A stretch of DNA of 64,000 nt from Bacteroidales bacterium. Lineage in GTDB: Bacteria > Bacteroidota > Bacteroidia > Bacteroidales > JAAYUG01. The stretch's first letter is position 1; the number at the start of each line of letters is the position of its first letter. The stretch is from NCBI GenBank assembly GCA_012517825.1, contig JAAYUG010000137.1, forward strand, positions 2,941 to 66,940. The letters are read 5' to 3'. The notes under the pieces were generated by a model. That model was not told where the DNA came from and did not search any database. It worked only from the letters and a program-made list of their open reading frames with translations. Of the stretch, positions 17,482 through 26,659 are shown one piece after another. Position numbers and translations under genes: made by a program.

Positions 17482-19530
17482 TTACTGAATCAACTCAACC
17501 GACCGTTTGATAAACCGGCTGAGATCTTCTCCTTTCAGCATGCCATTGGCCAGAAGTGCAAGGTCGATAAGCTGTTTTACAAGAGGATATTCTTTGCCGA
17601 ATTCCCGGAGCTTTTCGTTGCGCCGGTTCTTTAGTTCCTCTGTTTTTTTCTCCAGTTCTTCCTTTCTGTCTTTATCGGCTACGGGAATCTCCTCATCTTT
17701 TTTGCCGGCCATCGACTTCCGGAGGTTTTCCAGTTCCTGTTCCAGCGGTTTCAGTTCCTTATCAATTGCTGAAAGAACTTCAGCCAGCCGGGATGACTTT
17801 TCCTGAGCAACCCGAAGCACCAAAGGATGATTGGCATTGACAACCAGGCTGTAACTGTCGGGCATATTTCCGTAGAACGACATTCCTCCGCCCAGTGCGG
17901 CCATATCTTTCATGCGCCGCATAAACTCATTCTGGGTAATAAGAACCGGCTGATCGTTTTCCGAAAGGCTTTCAAAAACAACCAGGTAATTGTCTTTTTC
18001 GGGCAGGTTGCTTTTGAAAACAGGAACCAGATCATCCTGTTCTGCCTTGCTCAGTTTAGCCTCCCTGGCTTCTTCCTTCTGAATGAGCTTATCAATCACA
18101 TCGGCGTCCACACGCACAAAACGCGATTTCTCAAGCTTCTGCTCCAGATGATTTACGAAGTGCACATCCAGCTGACCATCCATTACCAGCACATCATACC
18201 CTCTTGACCTGGCCGAATCAATAAAACTATACTGCTCATCCACATTCGTGGCATACAAATAAACAAGATTGCCGTATTTGTCGGTCTGCTGGTCCTTTAT
18301 CAGGGTCTTGTATTCCTCGAGGGTAAAATATTTGTTGTCAGTATTCTTGAGCAAGGCGAATTTTTCGGCCCGTTCACTGAATTTCTCTTCGGTAATCATG
18401 CCATAGTAAATGAAGAGCTTCAGGTCATCCCATTTCTTTTCGAAGGTAGCCCTGTCGTTCTGGAAAATTTCCTGCAAACGGTCGGCTACCTTTTTTGTAA
18501 TATGGGCGGAGATTTTCTTAACATTGCTGTCGCTCTGCAGATAACTGCGCGAAACATTCAGCGGAATATCAGGAGAATCAAGAACTCCATGAAGCAATGT
18601 CAAAAAGTCAGGCACAATTCCTTCAACTGAATCGGTTACAAATACCTGCCGGCAGTATAACTGGATCTTGTTTTTCTGGATGTCAATATTGCTCTTGATC
18701 TTTGGAAAATAAAGAATGCCGGTAAGATTGAACGGATAATCCACATTCAGGTGAATCCAGAACAAAGGTTCTTCTGCCAGAGGATAGAGATCGCGGTAAA
18801 ATTCCTTATAATCTTCCTCTTTCAGTTCAGAAGGTTTGCGTGTCCAGGCAGGTTTTGTATTGTTGATAATCCTGTCTTTGTCGGTTTCAACTTCCTTCCC
18901 GTCTTTCCATTCCTTTTCCTTTCCGAACGCGATTTCAACCGGCAGAAAACGACAATATTTTTTCAGTATGCCCATGATCCTGTCTTCTTCCAGAAACTCC
19001 TTTGAATCGGAGTCAATGTGAAGAATCACATCGGTGCCTCTGCCTTCACGCTCTGTTTCCTCCATGGTATATTCCGGACTTCCGTCACAGGTCCAGTGAA
19101 CCGCTTTGGCATCTTCCTTATAAGATTTTGTTATGATTTCCACTTTCTCCGACACCATGAAGGCAGAATAGAAACCCAGTCCGAAATGGCCGATGATGGG
19201 GTTGGCCTGGGCCTTGTATTTTTCAAGAAATTCTTCGGCGCTCGACAAAGCGATCTGATTGATATACCGGTCGAGCTCTTCAGCTGTCATACCAACGCCG
19301 GAATCGGAAACAGTGAGAGTCTTCTTCTTTTTATCCAGTTTCACCCGGATGGTGGTATCTCCTGTTTCGCCCTTGAATTCACCTACCGAAGCAAGGGTTT
19401 TCAGCTTCTGGGTAGCATCCACTGCATTGGAAATCAGCTCGCGGAGAAAAATTTCATGATCGGAATAGAGAAACTTCTTGATAATGGGAAAAATGTTCTC
19501 GGTTGATACACCAATAGTACCTTTCTGCAT
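17482..19530 (-). CDS. htpG: Molecular chaperone HtpG (Hsp90)
   Basis: MQKGTIGVSTENIFPIIKKFLYSDHEIFLRELISNAVDA... is the GHKL N-domain of HtpG. The ORF-track start 19536 is TTG; ATG 19530 matches the usual N-terminus. Confidence 0.95.
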   Translation of the reverse strand: MQKGTIGVSTENIFPIIKKFLYSDHEIFLRELISNAVDATQKLKTLASVGEFKGETGDTTIRVKLDKKKKTLTVSDSGVGMTAEELDRYINQIALSSAEEFLEKYKAQANPIIGHFGLGFYSAFMVSEKVEIITKSYKEDAKAVHWTCDGSPEYTMEETEREGRGTDVILHIDSDSKEFLEEDRIMGILKKYCRFLPVEIAFGKEKEWKDGKEVETDKDRIINNTKPAWTRKPSELKEEDYKEFYRDLYPLAEEPLFWIHLNVDYPFNLTGILYFPKIKSNIDIQKNKIQLYCRQVFVTDSVEGIVPDFLTLLHGVLDSPDIPLNVSRSYLQSDSNVKKISAHITKKVADRLQEIFQNDRATFEKKWDDLKLFIYYGMITEEKFSERAEKFALLKNTDNKYFTLEEYKTLIKDQQTDKYGNLVYLYATNVDEQYSFIDSARSRGYDVLVMDGQLDVHFVNHLEQKLEKSRFVRVDADVIDKLIQKEEAREAKLSKAEQDDLVPVFKSNLPEKDNYLVVFESLSENDQPVLITQNEFMRRMKDMAALGGGMSFYGNMPDSYSLVVNANHPLVLRVAQEKSSRLAEVLSAIDKELKPLEQELENLRKSMAGKKDEEIPVADKDRKEELEKKTEELKNRRNEKLREFGKEYPLVKQLIDLALLANGMLKGEDLSRFIKRSVELIQ

Positions 19531-19564
19531 AATCAAAATTATTTTATTTACCGGCTGTTCATTT

Positions 19565-19580
19565 TACAAACATTATGCCA
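19565..19580 (-). promoter_or_regulatory. Weak sigma-54-like -24/-12 motif upstream of htpG (TGGCAT-N5-TTGT)
   Basis: The minus strand reads TGGCATAATGTTTGTA with GG..TG at sigma-54 spacing, 36 nt before ATG 19530. It matches the groES element at 11/15 positions. It overlaps a possible AAtgTTTG -7 box, so the call is ambiguous. Confidence 0.2.
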
Positions 19581-19614
19581 TGAAGCCTACTCTGTCAAAG
19601 CGTCACACAGAGCC

Positions 19615-20457
19615 TCAGTCATTAAGAACATTCACATCAGGAACATACACCCAGATCCCTTTGTCGAAGCGATATGCATCAAAGGAAAAATCAGGTCCGT
19701 AAAATTTGTAGTTTCCTTCAAATTCAGGCTTCACAGGCGATAAATGATCATAAACAATCATCTGAAGGCGTTCGTTCCATTTCAGCCCCATTACGGCCTG
19801 TGCATTGTATTCAAAAATCACTCTGTTGGTCAGTTTTCCTTTTTCATCCTGAAAGACCGGCTTTCCAAATACCGGTTTGTTGTCTTCATCAAACCAGAGG
19901 ACATCAATTATCTTCTTATTCGACAGCAGGTTATTGTAATCCAATGCCAGCAGGGTATAGATTTCTTCTCCCCGGTAACGATTGTAAAGGATCTTATAAA
20001 TCAAACAACCGTACCAGTGTTCCGGCGTATACACCTTTCTTTCGGCGTCCTTCTCCAGATCCTCCGAGTCCTTGAGAAAATAGGTCTTCCTTCCCTCCCT
20101 CCCCGGTTTGTTTACCTGTAAAAAGCCAAAGTACTGATGCCGGAGGTCTGATAAAACCATGTTCCATGTAAATATACGCACCACACCATCAGAAGAAACA
20201 ACCTTTCCGCAGTAACGGAGAGAATCGAACTTTATTCCAAACGATTCGGGCCGACTGAGTATCTCTCCAAACTTCATTACAATCGTATCATTGATCTGCC
20301 GTTTGGTTTGGTCGTCAGGTGCTTTCTGCATGCGCCCGAAAAGAAGGTTCAGTTCCTTTTCTTCCGCTGACATGGTATAGCTCTGACCCTCAAGGGAGAC
20401 AGAAGGCATAAATGATACCAGACCCAGCAGAAAGAAGACAAAAAGAATCTTATTCAT
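19615..20457 (-). CDS. Hypothetical secreted protein
   Basis: Signal peptide MNKILFVFFLLGLVSF from ATG 20457. No recognisable motif. Confidence 0.6.
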   Translation of the reverse strand: MNKILFVFFLLGLVSFMPSVSLEGQSYTMSAEEKELNLLFGRMQKAPDDQTKRQINDTIVMKFGEILSRPESFGIKFDSLRYCGKVVSSDGVVRIFTWNMVLSDLRHQYFGFLQVNKPGREGRKTYFLKDSEDLEKDAERKVYTPEHWYGCLIYKILYNRYRGEEIYTLLALDYNNLLSNKKIIDVLWFDEDNKPVFGKPVFQDEKGKLTNRVIFEYNAQAVMGLKWNERLQMIVYDHLSPVKPEFEGNYKFYGPDFSFDAYRFDKGIWVYVPDVNVLND

Positions 20458-20530
20458 ATGAATATATCTATATACATCCATTTGTGTCGAATTTATTCCT
20501 TATCTTTACAGCAAAAATAGCACCAAAAAA

Positions 20531-20737
20531 ATGACTGGAATCAAAGCATGGCTTAAACGCACGTTTACTCTCCGATTCATTGCAGGTATTGGACTGGGTG
20601 CCGTAGCAGGGTATCTGTACTATCATTTTATCGGTTGCCGTACGGGTACCTGTCCTTTAAAATCCAACCCGTATCTTATGACTCTTTACGGGATGCTGTT
20701 TGGAGGAATTTTGTTTTATAAAAAGAAAAAAGAGTAA
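20531..20737 (+). CDS. Small Cys-motif membrane protein (DUF6132-like)
   Basis: 68 aa, two TM segments flanking GCRTGTCPLKSNPY, as in DUF6132 proteins from memory. Confidence 0.55.
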   Translation: MTGIKAWLKRTFTLRFIAGIGLGAVAGYLYYHFIGCRTGTCPLKSNPYLMTLYGMLFGGILFYKKKKE

Positions 20738-20850
20738 AGGGTAAGCAAGAATTTCGTTTTCTGCATCCCTGTATTTCCTTAACGGATCGGCACACGCAGT
20801 CCAGCCAACACCTGAGCAAAAAAACAGACCAACAGAGACATCTAGAGGCA

Positions 20851-22071
20851 TCAGGAAAATTCATTCAGCACTTCCAGAATAATCTGGCAGGCATTTTCGA
20901 TTTCTTCTTCGGTGATTATCAGTGGCGGAGCCAGGCGCAGTGCCGTATCGCAGAACAAGAACCAATCGAGAAGAAGTCCTCTCTCAAGCGCGCGGGCAAT
21001 AACTTTATGAACAAGGGACGCAGAACCGAGTTCAACAGCCATCAGCAGCCCGGCACTCCGTACTTCTTTGATCAGGGGGTGGATAAGCAGTATCCTGAAG
21101 AGCTGTTCCTTTTCTAAAACTGTGGCTATAATTTTTGAAGCAAGCAGTTCATTGAGGTGAGCATAAGCTGCTGCACAGGATACCGGATGTCCTCCGAAGG
21201 TAGTAATGTGGCCCAGAGCGGGAGAATGAGAAATAACACACATGATTTCGGATGAAGTTATGAAAGCGCCCAGGGGCATTCCTCCTCCGAGTGCCTTGGC
21301 AAGCAGGAGGATATCGGGAATGATCCGGAGTTTCTCAAAGGCAAACAAAGTGCCGGTTCGCCCGAAACCTGTCTGTATTTCATCAAAAATCAACAGGGAA
21401 CCTGTTTCATTGCATCGCTGGCGTAATGCTTTTACCCATTCCGGATCTGCCGGCCGCACTCCGGCTTCCCCCATAACCGGCTCAATGATTACTGCCGCCG
21501 TTTTTGAAGAAATGGCCTGAAGTCCTTGTACATCGTTCAGTTCAATATGCCTGAAGCCGGGAACCAGCGGGCGGTATGCTCTTTTCAGTTCCTCATTGCC
21601 GGTGGCGCTTAGGGCTCCGTGCGTACTGCCGTGGTAGGCATTTTTCATGGCAACAACTTCATGGCGGCCTGTATAGCGCCTGGCAAGCTTGAGGGCACCT
21701 TCAACAGCTTCAGCACCTGAATTTACAAAGTAGATGGTATCCAGTTGTACAGGAAGGTTCGCGGCAAGCAGGCCTGCCAGATCAACCTGAGGAGCCTGTA
21801 TCAGCTCACCATACACCAGCAGATGCAGATGACGTCCGGCCTGTTCCTGTATAGCCCTTACAATGGCAGGATGCGAATGACCCAGGTTACTGACAGAAAT
21901 ACCGGAGATAAGATCCATATAGCGTTTCCCATCCGTCCCGTAAAGGTACATCCCGCCGGCATGGTCAATCTCAAGAGCCAGCGGAGAATCTGAAGTCTGC
22001 GCAATGTGACGGAAAAATATGCTTCGTGCTGATTCCATAATCTGATCCCGATAAGCAATAAATTCTGTCAT
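20851..22071 (-). CDS. Class III PLP aminotransferase (acetylornithine/ornithine aminotransferase-like)
   Basis: ..SGAEAVEGALKLAR.., DEIQTGFGRTG and a ..LAKALGGG.. (Lys) pattern. Start at ATG 22071. Confidence 0.85.
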   Translation of the reverse strand: MTEFIAYRDQIMESARSIFFRHIAQTSDSPLALEIDHAGGMYLYGTDGKRYMDLISGISVSNLGHSHPAIVRAIQEQAGRHLHLLVYGELIQAPQVDLAGLLAANLPVQLDTIYFVNSGAEAVEGALKLARRYTGRHEVVAMKNAYHGSTHGALSATGNEELKRAYRPLVPGFRHIELNDVQGLQAISSKTAAVIIEPVMGEAGVRPADPEWVKALRQRCNETGSLLIFDEIQTGFGRTGTLFAFEKLRIIPDILLLAKALGGGMPLGAFITSSEIMCVISHSPALGHITTFGGHPVSCAAAYAHLNELLASKIIATVLEKEQLFRILLIHPLIKEVRSAGLLMAVELGSASLVHKVIARALERGLLLDWFLFCDTALRLAPPLIITEEEIENACQIILEVLNEFS

Positions 22072-22130
22072 TAGAAATCCTCTCCAGATGAATGGGCGCA
22101 AAAAACCCGGAGCATGATTCCCGGGGCAAC

Positions 22131-22841
22131 CTATTTTGCCATCAGGTTGATGTCGTTCATCAGTTTGTCACGGTACGACTTCCCTATAGGAATTGATTTG
22201 GGCCCGTCCTGGGTTTTGATAATAATGGCATTATCTTCAATGAGGTTGATGCTGCTGGTATTTACAATGAAAGAACGATGAACCCGCGTGAACTTCTTTG
22301 CCGGAAGCCTCTGTTCAATCGCCTTCATGGTGAAATGAATGGTAAACCGGTCGTTGAAGGTATTAAAGATGACATAGTTCTCCAGCGCCTCAATCCAGAG
22401 TATTTCATCATATTTTAAACGAACCAGGGAAGAGTTCTTTTTGATGAAAATTTCATCCTTGCTGATCTGATCAACGGCAATCTGGGCTGACTTTTTTCTT
22501 GCCCGCTCAATGGCTTTGAAAAAACGGCTGTAGTGCACCGGCTTCAGCAGGTAGTCGGTCACGTCATAATCGAAGGCATTCAATGCATATTTTTCTTTGG
22601 AAGAGACAATGATAACCTGCGGAGGATTGCTCACCACCTCAAGTAGATCAATTCCTGACATCTCGGGCATTTCTATATCAAGAAAAATAATGTTCACCTC
22701 TTCAGGATGGGTGTTGATGAAATTAATGGCATCAATTGCGCTGGTAAACGACCCCATCAGGTGAAGATCGGAGGTTTTCCGGACAAATTCTTCCAAAACC
22801 CTGATGGAGAGCTTATCATCATCAACTATAATACAATTCAT
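22131..22841 (-). CDS. LytR/AlgR-family response regulator (REC + LytTR)
   Basis: REC domain (IIVDDD...IFLDIEMPEMSG...KP) plus a C-terminal LytTR domain (..FTRVHRSFIVN..). Ends with TAG. Confidence 0.9.
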   Translation of the reverse strand: MNCIIVDDDKLSIRVLEEFVRKTSDLHLMGSFTSAIDAINFINTHPEEVNIIFLDIEMPEMSGIDLLEVVSNPPQVIIVSSKEKYALNAFDYDVTDYLLKPVHYSRFFKAIERARKKSAQIAVDQISKDEIFIKKNSSLVRLKYDEILWIEALENYVIFNTFNDRFTIHFTMKAIEQRLPAKKFTRVHRSFIVNTSSINLIEDNAIIIKTQDGPKSIPIGKSYRDKLMNDINLMAK

Positions 22842-22993
22842 AGGCTATGTTAGTTTTAGGGTGAAGTTAATTTGCCGGTGTTGCAGGAGCTCAAAAATAA
22901 GCAAATTTTTGCGTTTTTTCACTGTTCTTCAGCCAAAAATACCTGAAATCATACCTCATCCGGCTTTTCACTATCGGGAACATGCACCGTGAA

Positions 22994-23689
22994 TCAGGAA
23001 GATTTTTCAGCATCTGTTTTCTTCTCATGAAGCCATTTTTCAATTGCCTCCGGATTTCTTACGGAGTTTCTTGTCCATTCCAGTAAAAGTTCCAACTGCT
23101 CACCGGAAGACAACTGCCAGGGTACTTCGGATGCGCGGAGGCGATGGGTCAGGGTATAAAGAGTGATAGCAACTGTTACGGAAATATTAAAGCTTTCCGT
23201 GAACCCTACCATGGGAATTTGTAAGTATTCATCGGCCATTGACAAAGCGGTTTCGCTCAGGCCTGTCAATTCAGTGCCGAAAAGCAGGGCAGCTTTCCCC
23301 CTGTTCAGATCAAAATCCTCAGGCGTATGGCTTTTGCGGTGAGGGCTTGTGGCAACCAGCCTGTATCCTTTTTCTTTCAGCCTATGAAGAGCAATCCGTG
23401 TATTGTCTTCGGTTTTTTCGCGGTAATGAATCAGCGTCAGCCATTTGCTGGCTCCCAGTGCCACATCAGGATTGGGAGAAAAGGTGTTCCGGTTCTCAAT
23501 AATATGCACATCCTGAACACCAAGGCAGTCACATGTTCGCAGAACGGCACTGGCATTGTGCGGCTGATAAATATCTTCCAGCACAACCGTCAGATAGCGG
23601 GTGCGGTGCATCACCACTTCACAAAACCGGTTGAACCTCCGTTCCGAAATGAATTGCCTCAGAAAATCAAGTATCTCGCTATTTTCCAC
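22994..23689 (-). CDS. TrmH/SpoU-family RNA 2'-O-methyltransferase
   Basis: SpoU motifs ..PHNASAVLRTCDCLGV.., ..ALLFGTELTGLS.. and ..IPMVGFTESFNISV.. Confidence 0.85.
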   Translation of the reverse strand: MENSEILDFLRQFISERRFNRFCEVVMHRTRYLTVVLEDIYQPHNASAVLRTCDCLGVQDVHIIENRNTFSPNPDVALGASKWLTLIHYREKTEDNTRIALHRLKEKGYRLVATSPHRKSHTPEDFDLNRGKAALLFGTELTGLSETALSMADEYLQIPMVGFTESFNISVTVAITLYTLTHRLRASEVPWQLSSGEQLELLLEWTRNSVRNPEAIEKWLHEKKTDAEKSS

Positions 23690-23809
23690 CCTGCAAATGT
23701 AATATGTTTTAGGAATGCAATCATTTCGGTGGTTTCGTTATTTTTATGCAACACAAAAAACACATTCACAGCCGGAATACGTATATTTGCCCGTGAAATT
23801 CGAACCAAG

Positions 23810-25240
23810 ATGGAAAAATCATTTTCGTGCACAAAGATTGTAGCAACAATTGGCCCGGCCTGCTCATCACGTGAAGTGCTCAGGGAGATGTTTCTTGAAG
23901 GAGTGGATGTGTGCCGGCTGAATTTCTCGCATGGAACACATGAAGAACACAGAAAGGTAATAGAGATCATCCGCAGTCTGAATCAGGAACTGGGCACCCA
24001 TGTGGCCATTCTGGGCGATTTACAGGGGCCTAAACTGCGCGTGGGAGAGATCGAAAACAACGGTGCCATGCTGGAAGAAGGAAAAGAGCTTACCTTTATA
24101 ACCAGTCATGAGTTTGTTGGAAACAGCGAACGCGTATATATGAGCTATAAAGAATTCCCTGCGGATGTTAAGGCAGGCGACATTGTGCTCATTGATGACG
24201 GGAAAATCCGGCTGAAGGTTACCGACACCAATGGTATTGATTCGGTAAAGGCGATAGTTTTAAACGGAGGTATTCTTTCTTCCCACAAAGGGGTCAATTT
24301 GCCCGACACGAAGGTTTCCCTCCCCAGCCTTACAGAAAAAGACAAGGAAGATGCCCACTTTGCTTTACAGGAAGGAGTTGACTGGCTGGCTCTTTCGTTT
24401 GTAAGGAAACCTGCCGATCTTCTTGACCTGAAAGAGCTCATGCGGCAGGAAAAGAAACATGCATGGATCATTGCCAAAATTGAAAAGCCGGAAGCACTGA
24501 ATGAAATTGACGAAATCATTGACATGGCCAATGGGATCATGGTGGCACGGGGTGATCTGGGGGTGGAGATTCCGTTCGACAGAGTGCCACTGATTCAGAA
24601 AATGATTGTAAAGAAGTGCATTGAAAAAGCAAAGCCTGTGATCATTGCCACCCAGATGATGGAAAGCATGATCACCAGTTTCCGGCCTACACGGGCCGAA
24701 GCCAACGATGTGGCCAATGCTGTACTCGACGGTGCCGACGCTCTTATGCTGAGCGGAGAAACCTCCGTAGGGAAATACCCTGCCGGAGTAATCAGGGCTA
24801 TGCAGCAGATCATAAGCTATACGGAACAACATGCTTATCAGTACTATCGCGAACATGCCCCGTACGAACTTTCCCGTACCTTTCTGCCCGACTCCATCTG
24901 TGCCAACGCCTGCCATATGGCAAAACAAACCAAGGCAGAAGCCATAGTCACCTTTACTTTCAGCGGTTACACACCGATGCGCATTGCCTCCCACCGGCCC
25001 AAAGCCTCCATCTATACGTTTACCCGGAACGAAGCCCTTCTCTGCCGTCTTTCCCTGGTCTGGGGTGTGCGCGCCTTTTATTACGACAAATCAGATCATA
25101 CCGATGAATCCATTCAGCAATCAACCCAGTTTCTGAAAGAGAATAAATTCCTATCCGACGATCAGGTAATTATTCACGTTGGCAGTATTCCAATTAACGC
25201 CCGTGGACAAACCAACATGATCAAACTGAGTTATGTCTGA
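23810..25240 (+). CDS. pyk: Pyruvate kinase
   Basis: TKIVATIGPA...CRLNFSHG...ILGDLQGPKLR...MVARGDLGVE. The true start is ATG 23810. The 637-aa track ORF is an upstream extension antisense to trmH. Confidence 0.95.
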   Translation: MEKSFSCTKIVATIGPACSSREVLREMFLEGVDVCRLNFSHGTHEEHRKVIEIIRSLNQELGTHVAILGDLQGPKLRVGEIENNGAMLEEGKELTFITSHEFVGNSERVYMSYKEFPADVKAGDIVLIDDGKIRLKVTDTNGIDSVKAIVLNGGILSSHKGVNLPDTKVSLPSLTEKDKEDAHFALQEGVDWLALSFVRKPADLLDLKELMRQEKKHAWIIAKIEKPEALNEIDEIIDMANGIMVARGDLGVEIPFDRVPLIQKMIVKKCIEKAKPVIIATQMMESMITSFRPTRAEANDVANAVLDGADALMLSGETSVGKYPAGVIRAMQQIISYTEQHAYQYYREHAPYELSRTFLPDSICANACHMAKQTKAEAIVTFTFSGYTPMRIASHRPKASIYTFTRNEALLCRLSLVWGVRAFYYDKSDHTDESIQQSTQFLKENKFLSDDQVIIHVGSIPINARGQTNMIKLSYV

Positions 25241-26066
25241 TCAGGGTTCTTTTCTGCAAACCCTCAACCTGCTTGAGAATAAGTGGCTGGACATCCTGAA
25301 GAAAGAATGTTTGCGTTGCTTTTCCAATAATTTCCTGCCGTCGCATGATTGTTCCCATCATGCCCGGGTATGGAATTATGCCAGGCAAATCATACTTTCT
25401 GCCGGCAACAGGTACCTGTTGTCTGCTGAAGAAACAGAGATTCTCCTGCTGGCCTGTTTCTTTCACGACACGGGTATGAGCATCGACCCGGGTCCCCGTC
25501 ATGGTCAGTTCAGCAGAAATCTTTGTTCCGATTTCCTTCAACGAACCGGAACGGTTATTCCTGAAGCAGATATTCTTCTATCCATTGTTGCGGAGCACGA
25601 TCAGAAAGACACCATGGAAGCAGCCGGAGAAAAAGACATGAAAAGCCGGTTGCTTGCTTTGCTTCATGTGGCAGACGATCTTGATGCGTTCGGTGCAACC
25701 GGCATTTACCGCTATACCGAAATTTATCTGATACGGGGAATACCCTCCCGGAACATTCCCGGAAATATCCTTCCCAATCTGGAAAGCCGTTTTAACCGGA
25801 TGCGGGAAATGTTCCCGGCAGATTCCGATCTTCTTCAGACCCATTTCAAAAGATTTTCATACACCCGCCAGTTTTTCTCTGATTGCATGAGCACCCCTGC
25901 CGGGTTAACTGATTTTGCATTCCTGACGGAAAAAATTGCTGCACTTATACTGGAGCAGAAGCATACTCCCATCACTTTTGCCCAAAAAATTATCCAGCAT
26001 CCCGGCACACCTTTTCTTATCCGGCAGTGGGCCAGGGATTTTGAAAAAGAACTTGGGGCTTTCTGA
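25233..26066 (+). CDS. HD-domain phosphohydrolase-like protein
   Basis: ..CSHHARVWNY.. and ..ACFFHDTGM.. give the H...HD signature. Its start overlaps the pyk stop by 8 nt. Confidence 0.75.
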   Translation: MSDQGSFLQTLNLLENKWLDILKKECLRCFSNNFLPSHDCSHHARVWNYARQIILSAGNRYLLSAEETEILLLACFFHDTGMSIDPGPRHGQFSRNLCSDFLQRTGTVIPEADILLSIVAEHDQKDTMEAAGEKDMKSRLLALLHVADDLDAFGATGIYRYTEIYLIRGIPSRNIPGNILPNLESRFNRMREMFPADSDLLQTHFKRFSYTRQFFSDCMSTPAGLTDFAFLTEKIAALILEQKHTPITFAQKIIQHPGTPFLIRQWARDFEKELGAF

Positions 26067-26068
26067 AA

Positions 26069-26533
26069 TTAAATGGTAACCGAACGGTTGATGTAATCTG
26101 AATAATCCTTAAGACGCTGCTGATACGGCTCATTGAACAGCGGCGATGAAATAAGAAAATCGGCCGTTGAACGGTTACAGGCAGTTGGAACATTGTAGAG
26201 CACGGTAATGCGTAAAAGAGCTTTGACATCCACATCGTGAGGCTGGGGCTGCATGGGATCCCAGAAAAAAACCAGAATGTCGATTTTCCCTTCAGCTACC
26301 AGTGCACCCAGTTGTTGATCACCACCCAGCGGCCCTGACTTGAGCTTCTTAAGACTGATGGACACATCCTGCCCTGCCTTTCGCCGCAAGGCATTTTCAA
26401 CCATTCTTCCGGTGGTGCCGGTACAAATGAGTTTGTGTTTTATGAGTTCCTGCCAGTTCCATTCGACCCATTCCACAAGATCTTTCTTCCGGTGATCGTG
26501 TGCAACCAGAGCAATTCTTTTGATTCTTTCCAT
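26069..26533 (-). CDS. mgsA: Methylglyoxal synthase
   Basis: IALVAHDHRKKDL...LICTGTTG...GPLGGDQQLGA...FFWDP...PHDVDVKALLR matches MgsA. Confidence 0.95.
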   Translation of the reverse strand: MERIKRIALVAHDHRKKDLVEWVEWNWQELIKHKLICTGTTGRMVENALRRKAGQDVSISLKKLKSGPLGGDQQLGALVAEGKIDILVFFWDPMQPQPHDVDVKALLRITVLYNVPTACNRSTADFLISSPLFNEPYQQRLKDYSDYINRSVTI

Positions 26534-26659
26534 ATTCTCAGCATTACGGGGTAAAAATAACGATAAACTGTCTGATGTAAATCAATCCGAAAATTAAAAG
26601 TACATGAAAATACTGTGAATATTCAATATGGCCAACAAATAAACCCGAAAGCATAAATT

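Noticed and set aside
19534-19541. A perfect TAATTTTG (-7 box consensus) directly upstream of htpG.
   Set aside because: It ends 3 nt before the ATG at 19530, so a transcript initiated from it would lack the start codon. It probably reflects the AT-rich ribosome-loading region rather than a promoter.
23327-23809. A 161-codon N-terminal extension of the pyruvate kinase ORF (the track ORF is 637 aa).
   Set aside because: The extension is antisense to trmH (22994-23689) and carries no PK homology. PK homology starts at MEKSFSCTKIVATIGPA (ATG 23810).
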